Origin: Chloropicon primus
Lineage: Eukaryota
DNA: 64,000 nt
NCBI GenBank assembly: GCA_023205875.1
Contig: CP060759.1
Span: forward strand, 496,001 to 560,000
Direction of reading: 5' to 3'
Below, one piece after another: positions 9,172 through 19,805 of this stretch. Position numbers and translations under genes: made by a program. The notes under the pieces were generated by a model, which ran no database searches, was not told the origin of the DNA, and saw only the letters and a program-made list of their open reading frames with translations. Position 1 is the stretch's first letter, and each line of letters opens with the position of its first letter.

Positions 9172-12156
9172 ATGGCAGCAGCAGGGGCTTCTCCTCCTCC
9201 TAGTGGGGATATCCTGGCGCAGGCCATCACGGCGGTGCTTCACACGGCAGCCCCCCAGGATGCTGCAGCTGCTCACTCGTGGCTCACCCGGTTTGCAGAG
9301 ACCAAGGAGGCATGGCAGACTTCGCTGGACCTCCTGGGACCCCAGCACCAATCCAACGAGGTGCAGTTCTTCGTCGCGAACCTGTTGTACAAGAAGGTGA
9401 GGGCCAACTTCAAGGCGACTGACTTCGATTCGGAGGAGGAGAGGCAGGGGGTCCTGCTCGCGATAAATGCCAAGCTGCAGATGATCCTCAGCACGAATAC
9501 CGTGAGCTCGTCGCCCTCGTCGTCGTCGCTAGTTGTGGACAGGCTGGCACTGGCGAGGGCGCTCGGGGCCGTCCAAAGCAGCTCCCCCGATCCCGTGGTC
9601 AGCGATGCCATCTCCTGGATCTCTGCTGGGAGCGGGAACGGGACCACGGACAAGGTGGCGTTCACAATGCTTCTGACTCTGGCGGAAGAGGCGAACAATC
9701 TCGAGGCCGCGAGGAGGCAGCCCTTCGCGCAAATGCTGGTCGCGAGGGTGGGCGAGCTCTTCAAATGCCTCGACCACGCGGTCCAGGGGCACCCGCACAG
9801 GATGATGGCCTGCTTTCAGCACATGGGCCCAAGCCTCGTCGAGTGGATCAAGGTTACCGCCGGCCAACCCGGCGGCCTGGGCCTGGGTCTCATAGTCGGC
9901 ACGTATGGGAACCTTTTCAACTTTCTCCTGAACGCGATCGTCTCGGACAACTCCATCGGGGCCGGGGAAGCCATCGCGGCAATGATCGAGAACAGCCCGC
10001 CGAGCGACCAGCAACTTTACCCCCAGCTGATCCGCTACTTGCTGGTGGAGAACGGCAGCAAAGTCATAGGTTCCGACGAGGGCATTGAGGCGACCACTTG
10101 CATCGCGTCCGCAATAGCCACGAACCACGGAAGCTTCTTCCAGTGGCAGGAAGGCCTGCAGTTGGCCGACTTCCTGCTGCGGGCCCTGGATCGTGGGGGG
10201 TCCAGGTGCGGAAAGGAGAAAATCTTGGAGTTTTTCATCGACCTGAACTCCGTTCCAGCGTACGAGCGCCTGCCTCAGCTCAGGAACGAGCTGTATGAGA
10301 GCCTTTTGACCCGCCTGATCCTTCAAGTAGCCTCGTACCCGCCAGACTTTCAGGGCTGGGACTCCTGCTTCGATGACGACGAGGACTCTTTCCACAGGTT
10401 CAGGGAGCAGTTCCTGGTGGACTTGTTCGAGATCACTTACGAGCTGATCGGCTTGAGCTATTTCAGGTGCATCATGTCCCTCTTCGAGAGGTTCAAGGAT
10501 AAAACTGCGGCGGGGGGCTCCTGGCAGACCGCGGAGGCCGTGATGTACGCCCTGCGGATCGTTTCGGTCCAAGTGAAATCGAGGCTCAACTCGAAGAGCC
10601 ACCAGACCCAAGCAGACATGGCGGACACGGCGGACGTGCACCAGATGCTGGTCATCGTGTTCACGCACGTCACGAGCGGCGTGGCGCAGGTCGGCGCGGA
10701 GGACATCTTCCTGTCGAACGCGGTCCTGGTCGAGAGTGTGGCGAGGCTGATAGGGTCGTACGGGCAGTGGTTCAGCAAGAACCCCCAAAGCCCGATTGAG
10801 CAGTGCCTCAGCTACTTGATACGTGGGACGGGGGGGAGCAAGGGTGGGGGCACCGGGGCCAGGCCCTCTTCCCACGCTTCCCATGCCTTCAAAGTCCTCT
10901 GCATCAAGTGTGGCTTCCGATTGAAATCCAGGGAAACCGTGCTGGGGCTGATCGGCGCGACGTCCGAGCGCATGAACAGCCCCGCAGTGAGTCTGCCCGA
11001 CAAGAAAGCTCTGGTCGAGGGAGTCTCGCGACTCATTAATTTGCTGAAGGTGGAAGACGCTTACTTTGCTGCCGAGCAGCTGCTGCACCCCGTGCTGAGC
11101 CACTTGAGCAACGAATTTATTGCCAGCACGGGCGGGCAAGGGGTGTTCGACCTCAAGGACGGCCTGGAGATTTACGCTTCGGCTATCATCTTCTTCGAGT
11201 TCCCGAGCTTGCGGCCCGGGGCCGTCCACCCGACGCTGTACATTCTGCAAAAGTCGTGGGAGATGTTCCAGGCCATGCTGGAGAACGAGGAGGCCACCAA
11301 GCTCGAGGACAACGCCGAGGCGTTCTGCAGCATATTCAGGAACGTGATCCAATCCGCCAAGACCGCCGCGATCGACGTGGTTCCAGCGATTCTGTCGAGA
11401 ACCCTGCACCTTCTGCGGCTCCACGCTCATTCCACGTGCCTCGAGGTCGTGGCGTCCGCGGTCGAGGTGTTTGGCAGCGATGATCGCGTCAAGCAGCACC
11501 TGGGGGAGGTCGTGCACCAGAGCCTGTCGGTCTCCTTCGCCTTCCTGCAGACCGTGAAGATCGGGGAGAACGCCGAGCACGTGCAGGCTATTTACGACGT
11601 CGCCAGCAGGTGCCTGATCTTCAGACCGGAGATCGTCCTGTCGCCCCAAGTCCTTGAGATCTTGGTGCAGATGGGGAGCTCCAACGTCAAGCTGAGGGAG
11701 AGGGAGAGCTTCACGGCGGTGAACGCTTTCCTCTCCCAGCTCTTCAACTTGCTGGGGGCTCAGAGGACTCCCGCCTGGGCGGCGGCGAAGCCGGCGGCCA
11801 TGGATTGCCTGGCGAGGAACGGTGGGGGGCTCCTGGTGAACATGCTGGACGCGTTTAGGGAGACGTGCCCCGCCCACATGTTCCGATCCCTCGGGTCCTG
11901 CATTTACCACTTCAAGAACGTCCTTGGCCCGGTGTTCGACCAGGTCTTCCTGGAGGCGGTGAAGCGCCACGTCGCCCTTTGCAACGGCGCGGGGAAGCAG
12001 GGGCTCGCGTTCCAGGAGCAGGACGCGGCCTGCTTCGTCCGCGCGGTGCTCAAGCAGCCCCCGCTGCCGAGGCCCAAGTTCGAAGCCATCTTCAGCGACT
12101 TTGCCAAGGTGAGCCGGAGGGAGCTCAACTCGGACGCCCTGCGCATGTACGAGTAG
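9172..12156 (+). CDS. Importin-beta family nuclear transport receptor (importin-13/transportin-3-like)
   Basis: About 994 aa of HEAT-like helical sequence. IBN_N-like start AHSWLTRFAETKEAWQ...EVQFFVANLLYKKVR, plus DEDSFHRFRE and SWQTAEAVMYAL motifs. Confidence 0.82.
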   Translation: MAAAGASPPPSGDILAQAITAVLHTAAPQDAAAAHSWLTRFAETKEAWQTSLDLLGPQHQSNEVQFFVANLLYKKVRANFKATDFDSEEERQGVLLAINAKLQMILSTNTVSSSPSSSSLVVDRLALARALGAVQSSSPDPVVSDAISWISAGSGNGTTDKVAFTMLLTLAEEANNLEAARRQPFAQMLVARVGELFKCLDHAVQGHPHRMMACFQHMGPSLVEWIKVTAGQPGGLGLGLIVGTYGNLFNFLLNAIVSDNSIGAGEAIAAMIENSPPSDQQLYPQLIRYLLVENGSKVIGSDEGIEATTCIASAIATNHGSFFQWQEGLQLADFLLRALDRGGSRCGKEKILEFFIDLNSVPAYERLPQLRNELYESLLTRLILQVASYPPDFQGWDSCFDDDEDSFHRFREQFLVDLFEITYELIGLSYFRCIMSLFERFKDKTAAGGSWQTAEAVMYALRIVSVQVKSRLNSKSHQTQADMADTADVHQMLVIVFTHVTSGVAQVGAEDIFLSNAVLVESVARLIGSYGQWFSKNPQSPIEQCLSYLIRGTGGSKGGGTGARPSSHASHAFKVLCIKCGFRLKSRETVLGLIGATSERMNSPAVSLPDKKALVEGVSRLINLLKVEDAYFAAEQLLHPVLSHLSNEFIASTGGQGVFDLKDGLEIYASAIIFFEFPSLRPGAVHPTLYILQKSWEMFQAMLENEEATKLEDNAEAFCSIFRNVIQSAKTAAIDVVPAILSRTLHLLRLHAHSTCLEVVASAVEVFGSDDRVKQHLGEVVHQSLSVSFAFLQTVKIGENAEHVQAIYDVASRCLIFRPEIVLSPQVLEILVQMGSSNVKLRERESFTAVNAFLSQLFNLLGAQRTPAWAAAKPAAMDCLARNGGGLLVNMLDAFRETCPAHMFRSLGSCIYHFKNVLGPVFDQVFLEAVKRHVALCNGAGKQGLAFQEQDAACFVRAVLKQPPLPRPKFEAIFSDFAKVSRRELNSDALRMYE

Positions 12157-12795
12157 CGAGGACGGTGGAGGTGGAGGTGGAGGTGAGAAGGAACGAAAAC
12201 GAAAACGAAAACGAAAGACTCTCATATTATCATATTTAATGAACCGGGATTACTATATTGTCTATGCCCCACCCCACCCACGCACGCACGCACACAATGA
12301 ACCCCATGTGCATCCCTCCAGGCAGGCAGGCTTGGTCCTTCCCTTTACCCACAGAGACCCTGCTGATAATCCACTCCATCCCATCCATGCAAGGAAGCAA
12401 GCCAGCATCTTGGGTAAACTATAATACGGCCAAGCTTGCCGACCCAGGTCCGTTACCTCCTCCTCCCTCCTCTTCCTTTCCCTTGGGATCCCTGCCCCTT
12501 ATCCGGATAAGATCATCTGTTCTTTCGTAGGAATTCCATCTTAGCCAGGGAGCTCGCGCGGCCACAAAAAATAAAAGAAGACGAAAAAAAAAAGCGGCTC
12601 CGACAGAGGAGTAGTTTGTGTTCACGAGCGACGACGGAGGGAGAGCGCGACCGGTTGTGGTTCCTGTCGAGGAGGAGAAGCTCTTCCATTCTCCGTTGAA
12701 TTATTTTTCTTCCTTGCTTTTCTCATTCTTTTTCTTGTTCCGAAAAAGGGGAAGCGAGAGCAACTTGGTGTCTCTCACTCGTCTGAACAAGAGAG

Positions 12796-14004
12796 ATGAA
12801 GATGAAGATGAAGATGAAGATGAAGATGAATGGTGTGACTTGTTCACCCTCGAAGGTGTGTGGGGTTGTGAGGGTACCCTCGCGAGGGAGGAGGCAGATG
12901 ACGGCGTGCCACGCGGCGGCGAAGAAGGCGACGACGTCGGGGCAGGCGGTGGGCGCGGCGGCGTTCGAGGAGGTGGACCAGGCCTTCGGGGCGCTCAAGG
13001 ACTGGAACGGCGACCTGGATGACTTTAAGATGGAGACGGACTTGTCCAAGCTCGTGTCGGAGGAGGACCTCGCGGAGAAGAGGAAGGAGTTCGAGGGCTT
13101 GCTCGACACGTATTCTTACAGGTTCCAGCCAGGCGACAGGGTGGTGGGTTTGGTCCTCTCTGTAGGCAAGAGGGGGTGCACGGTGGAGATTGGTGCCAAG
13201 CTTCCAGCGTTCTGCCCGGCCTACGAGCTGTCGGTCAAGAGCAACACGAACGTCAGGGCCCTGATCAAGGCCGGAATGGAGAGGGAGTTCGAGGTGATCC
13301 CCTCCAGGACCAACGGGGAGACCCTCTTCGTGTCCGCGAGGCTGATCGAGAGCTCCTTGGCCTGGAAGAGGGTCATGCAGCTCTACGAGAAGAACACCGT
13401 GGTGGAGGTGAGGATCAAGCACGTGAGCCGAGGCGGTGCGATCGTGGAGCTCGAGAACCTCCAGGGCTTCATCCCCAAGTCCCACCTGGGGATGGACCTC
13501 GACAAGGCCAAGGAGAACATCGGGAAGACGCTCGTCGCCAAGTTCCTGGAGGCCGACGCGGAGTCCAACCGGCTCGTCCTCTCTCACAGGCTCGCGAACG
13601 TGCAGAGCAACGTGAAGGACCTCGAAGTGGGGAGCGTCATCAAGGGCAAGGTCGTCGCGGTCAAGGACTACGGGGCCTTCGTGGACCTTGGCTTGGAATT
13701 CAACGCCCTCCTGCACGTGTCCCAGATTAGTTACAACCGTTTGTTCAACGTGGACCAGGTCCTTTCCGTGGGAGACGAGATCAAGGCCATGGTTCTGAGC
13801 TACGACGCCAACCGCGGCAGGGTCAGCCTTTCGACGAAGAAGCTGGAGGGAGAGCCCGGAGACATGCTCAGGGACCCCGCCAAGGTTTTCGACAACGCGG
13901 AGCAGATGGCGTCCCAGTTCAGGGAGAGGGTCGCCGCGGCCGAGGCTGTGGCCAGAGCGAGCGCGGCGGAGACCAAAAAGACGGAGGAAGTGAAGGCCGA
14001 GTGA
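12796..14004 (+). CDS. RPS1: 30S ribosomal protein S1, chloroplast-type
   Basis: Three S1 domains (GDRVVGLV...; NLQGFIPKSHL; KDYGAFVDLG...LLHVSQIS), the C-terminal SLSTKKLEGEPGDML motif and a transit-peptide-like N-terminus. Confidence 0.9.
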   Translation: MKMKMKMKMKMNGVTCSPSKVCGVVRVPSRGRRQMTACHAAAKKATTSGQAVGAAAFEEVDQAFGALKDWNGDLDDFKMETDLSKLVSEEDLAEKRKEFEGLLDTYSYRFQPGDRVVGLVLSVGKRGCTVEIGAKLPAFCPAYELSVKSNTNVRALIKAGMEREFEVIPSRTNGETLFVSARLIESSLAWKRVMQLYEKNTVVEVRIKHVSRGGAIVELENLQGFIPKSHLGMDLDKAKENIGKTLVAKFLEADAESNRLVLSHRLANVQSNVKDLEVGSVIKGKVVAVKDYGAFVDLGLEFNALLHVSQISYNRLFNVDQVLSVGDEIKAMVLSYDANRGRVSLSTKKLEGEPGDMLRDPAKVFDNAEQMASQFRERVAAAEAVARASAAETKKTEEVKAE

Positions 14005-14126
14005 AGGAAAGAAGCGCGACGAGTGTTCCAGTACCAAAATGCCATATGTAATCAAAGCTTTTCTTTCTTCCCTAAAAAAAAAAAACACAAGCAGAAAGAC
14101 GGCAGCAACAATTTTTATAGCTAGCT

Positions 14127-15044
14127 TTACATCACCTGCGCGACGTCCGAGTGCCTCTGCTCCTCGAAGTTGAGGGCCTCGAGGGCCTCCTTGTGCACCC
14201 CCTCGTCCCCGGCCGCAATGACCTCTGTGGCCTCCACGTTCGACAAGTCAAAGTTGTCAAAGGGATTCCCGTTCCAGTCCGTGATGACGCCGCCCGCGCC
14301 TTGCACGATGGGCACGAGCGCCATGTAATCGAAGGGCTTCATGTCTGCCTCGCACACGACGTCGCAGAAGCCCATCGAAAGCAAACCGTAAGCGTAACAG
14401 TCGCACCCATACAACGGAGTCCTGACCTTGGTGCAGACGTGCTCAAAGGACAATGCAGTGGAGCCCTGGAACATGTCGGGGGAAGTGGCGTAAAGGTACG
14501 CGGAGCCGAGGGAATCGCACTCCCTGACGCCCACGTCCTTGTGGTTGAACTGGGTCTTCTGGCCCTTCACCCCCACCCACCTCTCGCCGAGGATGGGCTG
14601 GTCAATGATGCCCAGGATGGGCTCGCCGTCGCATACAAGAGCTATGAGGGTGCCGAAAAGCGGCTTTCCCGTGATGAAGCTCTTTGTCCCGTCTATCGGA
14701 TCCAAAACCCACACCATCTTCGCCTCCTCAGTCCCGCTCTCCCTTCCCGGAACGTGGCACCCATACTCTTCCCCATAGATGGAGTGCCCAGGAAAGTAGT
14801 CCTCAATCACTTCGCGCATGGCCTTCTCGGCCTCCTTGTCCGCAATCGTCACAGGGGACTCGTCCTCCTTCAGCTCCAGGCTTATCGAAGACATCGCTGG
14901 GGAGTACCTGAAGTACTTCCTCGTCACCTTGCTCGCTGCGTCGGCAACCTTGTTGGCAACCTGCCCGAAGAGGAGAGACAAAAGTAAACCAACACCGCCA
15001 GACATCAGACACTGCGTGGAAACCTCCCCCCTCGCGGGATGGGA

Positions 15045-15095
<51 letters not shown>

Positions 15096-15279
15096 AAACA
15101 CAATCACTCACCTTGACGATCTTCGGATCGATCTCGCCGTCTGCAACAGCACGAAGCCTCGTCGTACAACCACGCTGCCTCCTTCGCCCTGAGGAGGAAG
15201 GAGCAGTTTTCCAACCGGGTTGGGCCGGTGCCCTCGCGAAGCTCGTCGCCGTCACCTGCAACGCGCTCCCTCTCACCAT
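14127..15279 (-). CDS. HISN7: Histidinol-phosphate phosphatase / inositol monophosphatase-like 2, plastid (exons 15279-15112, 14960-14127)
   Basis: SPVTIADKEAE, GEEYG, WVLDPIDGTKSFITGKPLFGTLIAL, GCDCYAYGLL and GGVITDW motifs, with a transit peptide exon. Confidence 0.9.
15054..15093. repeat. (CA)n microsatellite in the HISN7 intron
   Basis: Read directly. Confidence 0.9.
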
Positions 15280-15648
15280 CGCTTCGACAAAGGTCTCAAT
15301 CAACTCAAACTGATCGCCAAGCGCTGCTTGCTTGCTTGCTTTTCACGTGCTCGTGCTACGGCACTTGAGGATATTTTTGGATGAATGATGGATGGATGAA
15401 TGAAGTTTGGGACGGTTGCGGTGTGGGTGATGGTGACGGAGGCGAGAGGGAGGGCCCGGGCATCGATTCCCTGTCTTCGTGGTCTTTCTCTTGATTCCTC
15501 GCTTGCTGAGAATGGCCCACTTGGCAGGGTTTGAGAGACCAGAAGAGCGTTGTCATTGTGTTTATTTCTTGGGCTGTTACACTTGTCGCTGGAGTGCCCG
15601 GCGGTGGGATTGAGGCCTTCCGCTGGGCGCCAGGGAGGCGACGGGGTT

Positions 15649-16572
15649 TTAGAATTTGAAGACCTGGTCTGAGGTGTACCCGAGGTCCTTCAACAAGCCC
15701 TTGAGCTCTCCCTGGGACTTGTCAGGGGCCTTGTCGCCGGAGATGACGTTCATCATCGGCGGGGGACCGCACACGAACACCATGTTCTCGTTCGAGGGGG
15801 CGGGCATCCTCTGCTGCAGCATCTCCTTGGTGATGTACCCCTTCCCTCCCTTCCAGAAGAAGCCTGGCTTGTCCAGGACGTAGAACACCTCGAACCTGTC
15901 CGGGTGCTTCTTCGCGTACTCGTCCAGCTCCTTCCTCAATATGATGTCCTTCTCGGTCACGTTGCCGAAGATGAGGGACACCTTGGTCTTGTCCTCCGGG
16001 TTGCTCAGGATGGCCTCCGCGACTTGGAGCATGGGCGTGATGCCCGTGCCGCCCGCGACCATGCCGATGTGCTTCTTCATGTTGGCCGCGTAAGGGAGCT
16101 TGACGATCGGCCCCTTGATCTCCAGGCTGTCCCCTGTCTTGAGGTTCCCAAAGTGCTTGGACATCACGCCCTTCTCGTACACCTTGACCACCAGGTCGAA
16201 GTGTCCTTTGGTAGTCGCCGAGGAGGTTGGAGTATAAGGCCTGACGACGTGCTCTTTGGTGCCGTCCTCCTGCTCTTCCCCGATCCTCGCCCGAACGAGG
16301 AGGCAGGAAGCGACCGGGAGGTTGATGGAGTCCTCCGCGTCGTCGAGCTTGAACCTGTACAAGTGCGTGTTCCCCGTGACTTTTGTGCGCTCGCTCAGCG
16401 TGAACGGAACCCAAGCGTCCTCTTGCATGCCCCCGTGCTGCTTGGCTTTCACCCTCGTCATCGTCGCCCTCCTCGCCGCTTCCTTCGAAGAAAGGGTGCG
16501 CGAGGCGCTGCCGCGGAGACCTCCGTACGCCCTCCTGCCGACCAGGCGAGGCCCTCCTCGTGCCAGCATCAT
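15649..16572 (-). CDS. NADH-cytochrome b5 reductase-like, copy 1 (transit-peptide-like N-terminus)
   Basis: RPYTP FAD motif, GMVAGGTGITPMLQ, CGPPPMM and the QVFKF C-terminus. Confidence 0.92.
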   Translation of the reverse strand: MMLARGGPRLVGRRAYGGLRGSASRTLSSKEAARRATMTRVKAKQHGGMQEDAWVPFTLSERTKVTGNTHLYRFKLDDAEDSINLPVASCLLVRARIGEEQEDGTKEHVVRPYTPTSSATTKGHFDLVVKVYEKGVMSKHFGNLKTGDSLEIKGPIVKLPYAANMKKHIGMVAGGTGITPMLQVAEAILSNPEDKTKVSLIFGNVTEKDIILRKELDEYAKKHPDRFEVFYVLDKPGFFWKGGKGYITKEMLQQRMPAPSNENMVFVCGPPPMMNVISGDKAPDKSQGELKGLLKDLGYTSDQVFKF

Positions 16573-17226
16573 CCTATCTCTCGATCCGATCTCAACCGTT
16601 ACGTTACGCGCGTTAGACTTTGAGCTCGCTCGCTCGCTCTCCCTTTTTCTTCTCAGCTGAGCTCCTCTCCTGCTGCTGCTGGTTTCGAGGAGGAGAGAGG
16701 GATGGTGATGAATAGGAGGAGGGAAGGGGGGGAGGGAAGGGAGGCGAATCCTGGGTCTTGGCCTCGACCCCGTTGCGTTCCCTGTGTCCTCCCTTCGTGT
16801 CCTGGTCCTTCGTGATGCATTCATCCGTCATGACGAAGGACCAGGACAAGGAGAGAAGGAGGCGATCCCTCCATCCTAACCCAGAGAAGACAAGAGCAAG
16901 AAGAGGAAGAGGAGGAGAGAAAGAGAAAGAGAAAGAGGGAGGAAGCGATCGGGAGGAGGACGCTTCCCTTGGCCTTCCCTTGGCCTTCCTCCATTGGCAT
17001 GGGTAACGTCCTCACGGAATGGGAATGACCCCCGAGGATGACGGCCGGAAAAGACTTTTCCTTTCGGGGGGACGAAAAAGGAGGTTTTCGGTGACGTCGG
17101 CGACGATCGGTACCACCGAGGCGGGAGCGAGCGAGGTTGGGCGTTGCGGCGATCGGGTCGGGCGTGTTGGTCGACTTGGACTTTCGGGTTTTCCTTCTTC
17201 TTCTTCTTCTTCTTTTTTACCCTTTC

Positions 17227-18189
17227 ATGAGCAGCAGCAGTAGCATCATGTTCGCGAGAAAGTCTTTGATGTACCTCGGAGGGGCTGCGATCGGCGGAGC
17301 ACTTGGTGTTCGCCTCGGGTCGCACATGCTGGGCGACAAGGCCGACGGGATGAGGCTGGCGACGTTCAAGACCGCGGAAGCCGACTCTACGAAAAGCAAG
17401 CACGGGGGCATGCAGAAGGACGCTTGGGTTCCGTTCACGCTGAGCGAGCGCACAAAAGTCACGGGGAACACGCATTTGTACAGGTTCAAGCTCGACGACG
17501 CGGAGGACTCCATCAACCTCCCGATCGCTTCCTGCCTCCTCGTTCGGGCGAGGATCGGGGAGAAGCAGGAGGACGGGAACAACAAGTTCGTCATCAGGCC
17601 TTATACTCCAACTTCTGCTTCGACTACCAAAGGGTACTTCGACCTGGTGGTCAAGGTGTACGAGAAGGGCGTGATGTCCAAGCACTTTGGGAACCTCAAG
17701 ACAGGGGACAGCCTGGAGATCAAGGGGCCGATCGTCAAGCTCCCTTACGCGGCCAACATGAAGAAGCACATCGGCATGGTCGCGGGCGGCACGGGCATCA
17801 CGCCCATGCTCCAAGTCGCGGAGGCCATCCTGAGCAACCCGGAGGACAAGACCAAGGTGTCCCTCATCTTCGGCAACGTGACCGAGAAGGACATCATATT
17901 GAGGAAGGAGCTGGACGAGTACGCGAAGAAGCACCCGGACAGGTTCGAGGTGTTCTACGTCCTGGACAAGCCAGGCTTCTTCTGGAAGGGAGGGAAGGGG
18001 TACATCACCAAGGAGATGCTGCAGCAGAGGATGCCCGCCCCCTCGAACGAGAACATGGTGTTCGTGTGCGGTCCCCCGCCGATGATGAACGTCATCTCCG
18101 GCAACAAGGCCCCTGACAAGTCCCAGGGAGAGCTCAAGGGCTTGTTGAAGGACCTCGGGTACACCTCAGACCAGGTCTTCAAATTCTAA
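17227..18189 (+). CDS. NADH-cytochrome b5 reductase-like, copy 2 (hydrophobic Gly-rich N-terminal anchor; alternative start 17248)
   Basis: Same motifs as copy 1; N-terminus MFARKSLMYLGGAAIGGALGVRLG. Confidence 0.92.
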   Translation: MSSSSSIMFARKSLMYLGGAAIGGALGVRLGSHMLGDKADGMRLATFKTAEADSTKSKHGGMQKDAWVPFTLSERTKVTGNTHLYRFKLDDAEDSINLPIASCLLVRARIGEKQEDGNNKFVIRPYTPTSASTTKGYFDLVVKVYEKGVMSKHFGNLKTGDSLEIKGPIVKLPYAANMKKHIGMVAGGTGITPMLQVAEAILSNPEDKTKVSLIFGNVTEKDIILRKELDEYAKKHPDRFEVFYVLDKPGFFWKGGKGYITKEMLQQRMPAPSNENMVFVCGPPPMMNVISGNKAPDKSQGELKGLLKDLGYTSDQVFKF

Positions 18190-18288
18190 AACAACCCCAA
18201 CAAAAAGTTTTGTTATCCATCCCTTTGTGATCCCAAGGACAATTTCTTCCCCAGCAAAGGCCAAAGGCCAAAGGCCCCTTCCGTCGTC

Positions 18289-19713
18289 ATGAAGCAAAGG
18301 TCACACAGGTTGCGGCCACGACAACGGCGGCAGGGCATCACGTGGGGCAGGGCACTCACCCTGCTCGCCCTGGCCACTGCCTTTGTCTTCGTGTTGGACT
18401 TTTTGCGCCAGCACGCGAGGCTGAGCGATCAACGTCATCATCATCAACAACGACAACAACCTTCCATCTTTCGTCGCAGAGCAGAGCAGAGAGGGGTCTC
18501 TCCTCAAGGGCCGTTGTCCGGGACGGAGACCTCCTTTGACGCCTGCCCAGCGAGAATGACTGGCAAGGACTTGGAATCAGGGAGTCAGTCCAAGTCCATT
18601 GTCGTGCACAGGGCATCACCAGGCCCCATGCAGTACAATCACATGGCTATGCTAGACAAGCTTGACAACGGGTCCTTGGTGTTGGTCTGGCAGTTCTCTT
18701 CTGGAATCGAGGGCGTCACTGACCAGCGCCTGGCCCTCTCCCTGTCCAGCGATGACAGCGGCACCTCCTGGAGTGCACCGAGAGTCATCCCGATAGAAAG
18801 AAACAGGGAGAAGGGTGCGATCTGGAGCCCTGTGCTGCACTCGATGCCGGGAAAGCTCTTGCTGCTGTACGCTGAAAGCAACGATTGTGTCATTCACAAG
18901 GGAGGCGTCAAGAGGTTTAGTCCAGGGGGGACCATAAAATCGGTGGAGTGGGATTACGCGAACAACGAAGAGGAATTCTCGTGGACGGCGCCAAGGACGG
19001 TACACGACCAAAGGGAGGGGGACAAGCTGCCGAAAGTTTTGGCGAACAAGCTGATCGAGCTCAAATCAGGGGAGCTCGTGCTCCCGATGTGGAGCGAGAA
19101 GCATGGATCTTGCCAAAAGTCCAAAGAGAAAGGGTCTGCGGGCGTGCTCGTGAGTGCAGATTCTGGACAGACTTGGGTTCGGCGCGGCAACCTGTTTGCC
19201 TCGGACACTTGGCTGATTGAGAACACGGTGGTCGAGAGGAGCGATGGCCTGCTCATGCTCTTCAGAACGAAGAAGGGCTACATCTACCGCAGCCTTTCCA
19301 CCGATAAGGGGTACACTTGGTCCAGGGCAAAGAGGACGCACGAACCGAATCCAGACGCGAAGATACACGCTTTGAGACTCTCGAACACGACCATCGCCCT
19401 CGCGAGCAACAGGCACAAGAAGTTCCAGAAGCCAAGCTCGAGGGGTTGCAGGACGAACTTGGACGTGGCCTTGTCCCCTGACGGAGAAACTGGATACAAG
19501 AGGGTCGTGCGCGTGGAACACGAGGTCGACACTGGTCTCCGGTCTCACTATCCGACTCTGTATCATGACGGCAAGTGCAAACTTTTTTTGGCCTACACAA
19601 GGTTTTACCACGAGAGCGTCCAGGAGAGATCCAAGTGGGAGCTCTTTGGAACGAGCGAGTGGGACAAGGCTCCCGTCCTCGGCGTCTTCGTAAGGATCAT
19701 CGACTTTGCTTGA
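18289..19713 (+). CDS. BNR/Asp-box sialidase-like beta-propeller protein with N-terminal signal anchor
   Basis: Asp boxes SDDSGTSW, SADSGQTW and STDKGYTW; PNPDAKI and SHYPT motifs; one N-terminal hydrophobic helix. Confidence 0.8.
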   Translation: MKQRSHRLRPRQRRQGITWGRALTLLALATAFVFVLDFLRQHARLSDQRHHHQQRQQPSIFRRRAEQRGVSPQGPLSGTETSFDACPARMTGKDLESGSQSKSIVVHRASPGPMQYNHMAMLDKLDNGSLVLVWQFSSGIEGVTDQRLALSLSSDDSGTSWSAPRVIPIERNREKGAIWSPVLHSMPGKLLLLYAESNDCVIHKGGVKRFSPGGTIKSVEWDYANNEEEFSWTAPRTVHDQREGDKLPKVLANKLIELKSGELVLPMWSEKHGSCQKSKEKGSAGVLVSADSGQTWVRRGNLFASDTWLIENTVVERSDGLLMLFRTKKGYIYRSLSTDKGYTWSRAKRTHEPNPDAKIHALRLSNTTIALASNRHKKFQKPSSRGCRTNLDVALSPDGETGYKRVVRVEHEVDTGLRSHYPTLYHDGKCKLFLAYTRFYHESVQERSKWELFGTSEWDKAPVLGVFVRIIDFA

Positions 19714-19805
19714 GCGCCTCGACGAAAGGTATATACCATATAAAGGTACCTACATATATATACAATAAATTTTCTTAATGTAAACTAAGCGGCGGGAAGC
19801 AAACT

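Larger units (their letters stand above)
15649..18189. repeat. Inverted duplication: 15649-16437 is the near-identical reverse complement of 17401-18189 (789 bp, no indels)
   Basis: Direct comparison; alternative-frame ORFs are duplicated almost letter for letter. Confidence 0.95.

Noticed and set aside
9529..12225. 898-aa antisense ORF, and similar long antisense or alternative-frame ORFs across the window
   Set aside because: Shadow ORFs produced by GC3-biased codon usage of the real gene on the opposite strand.
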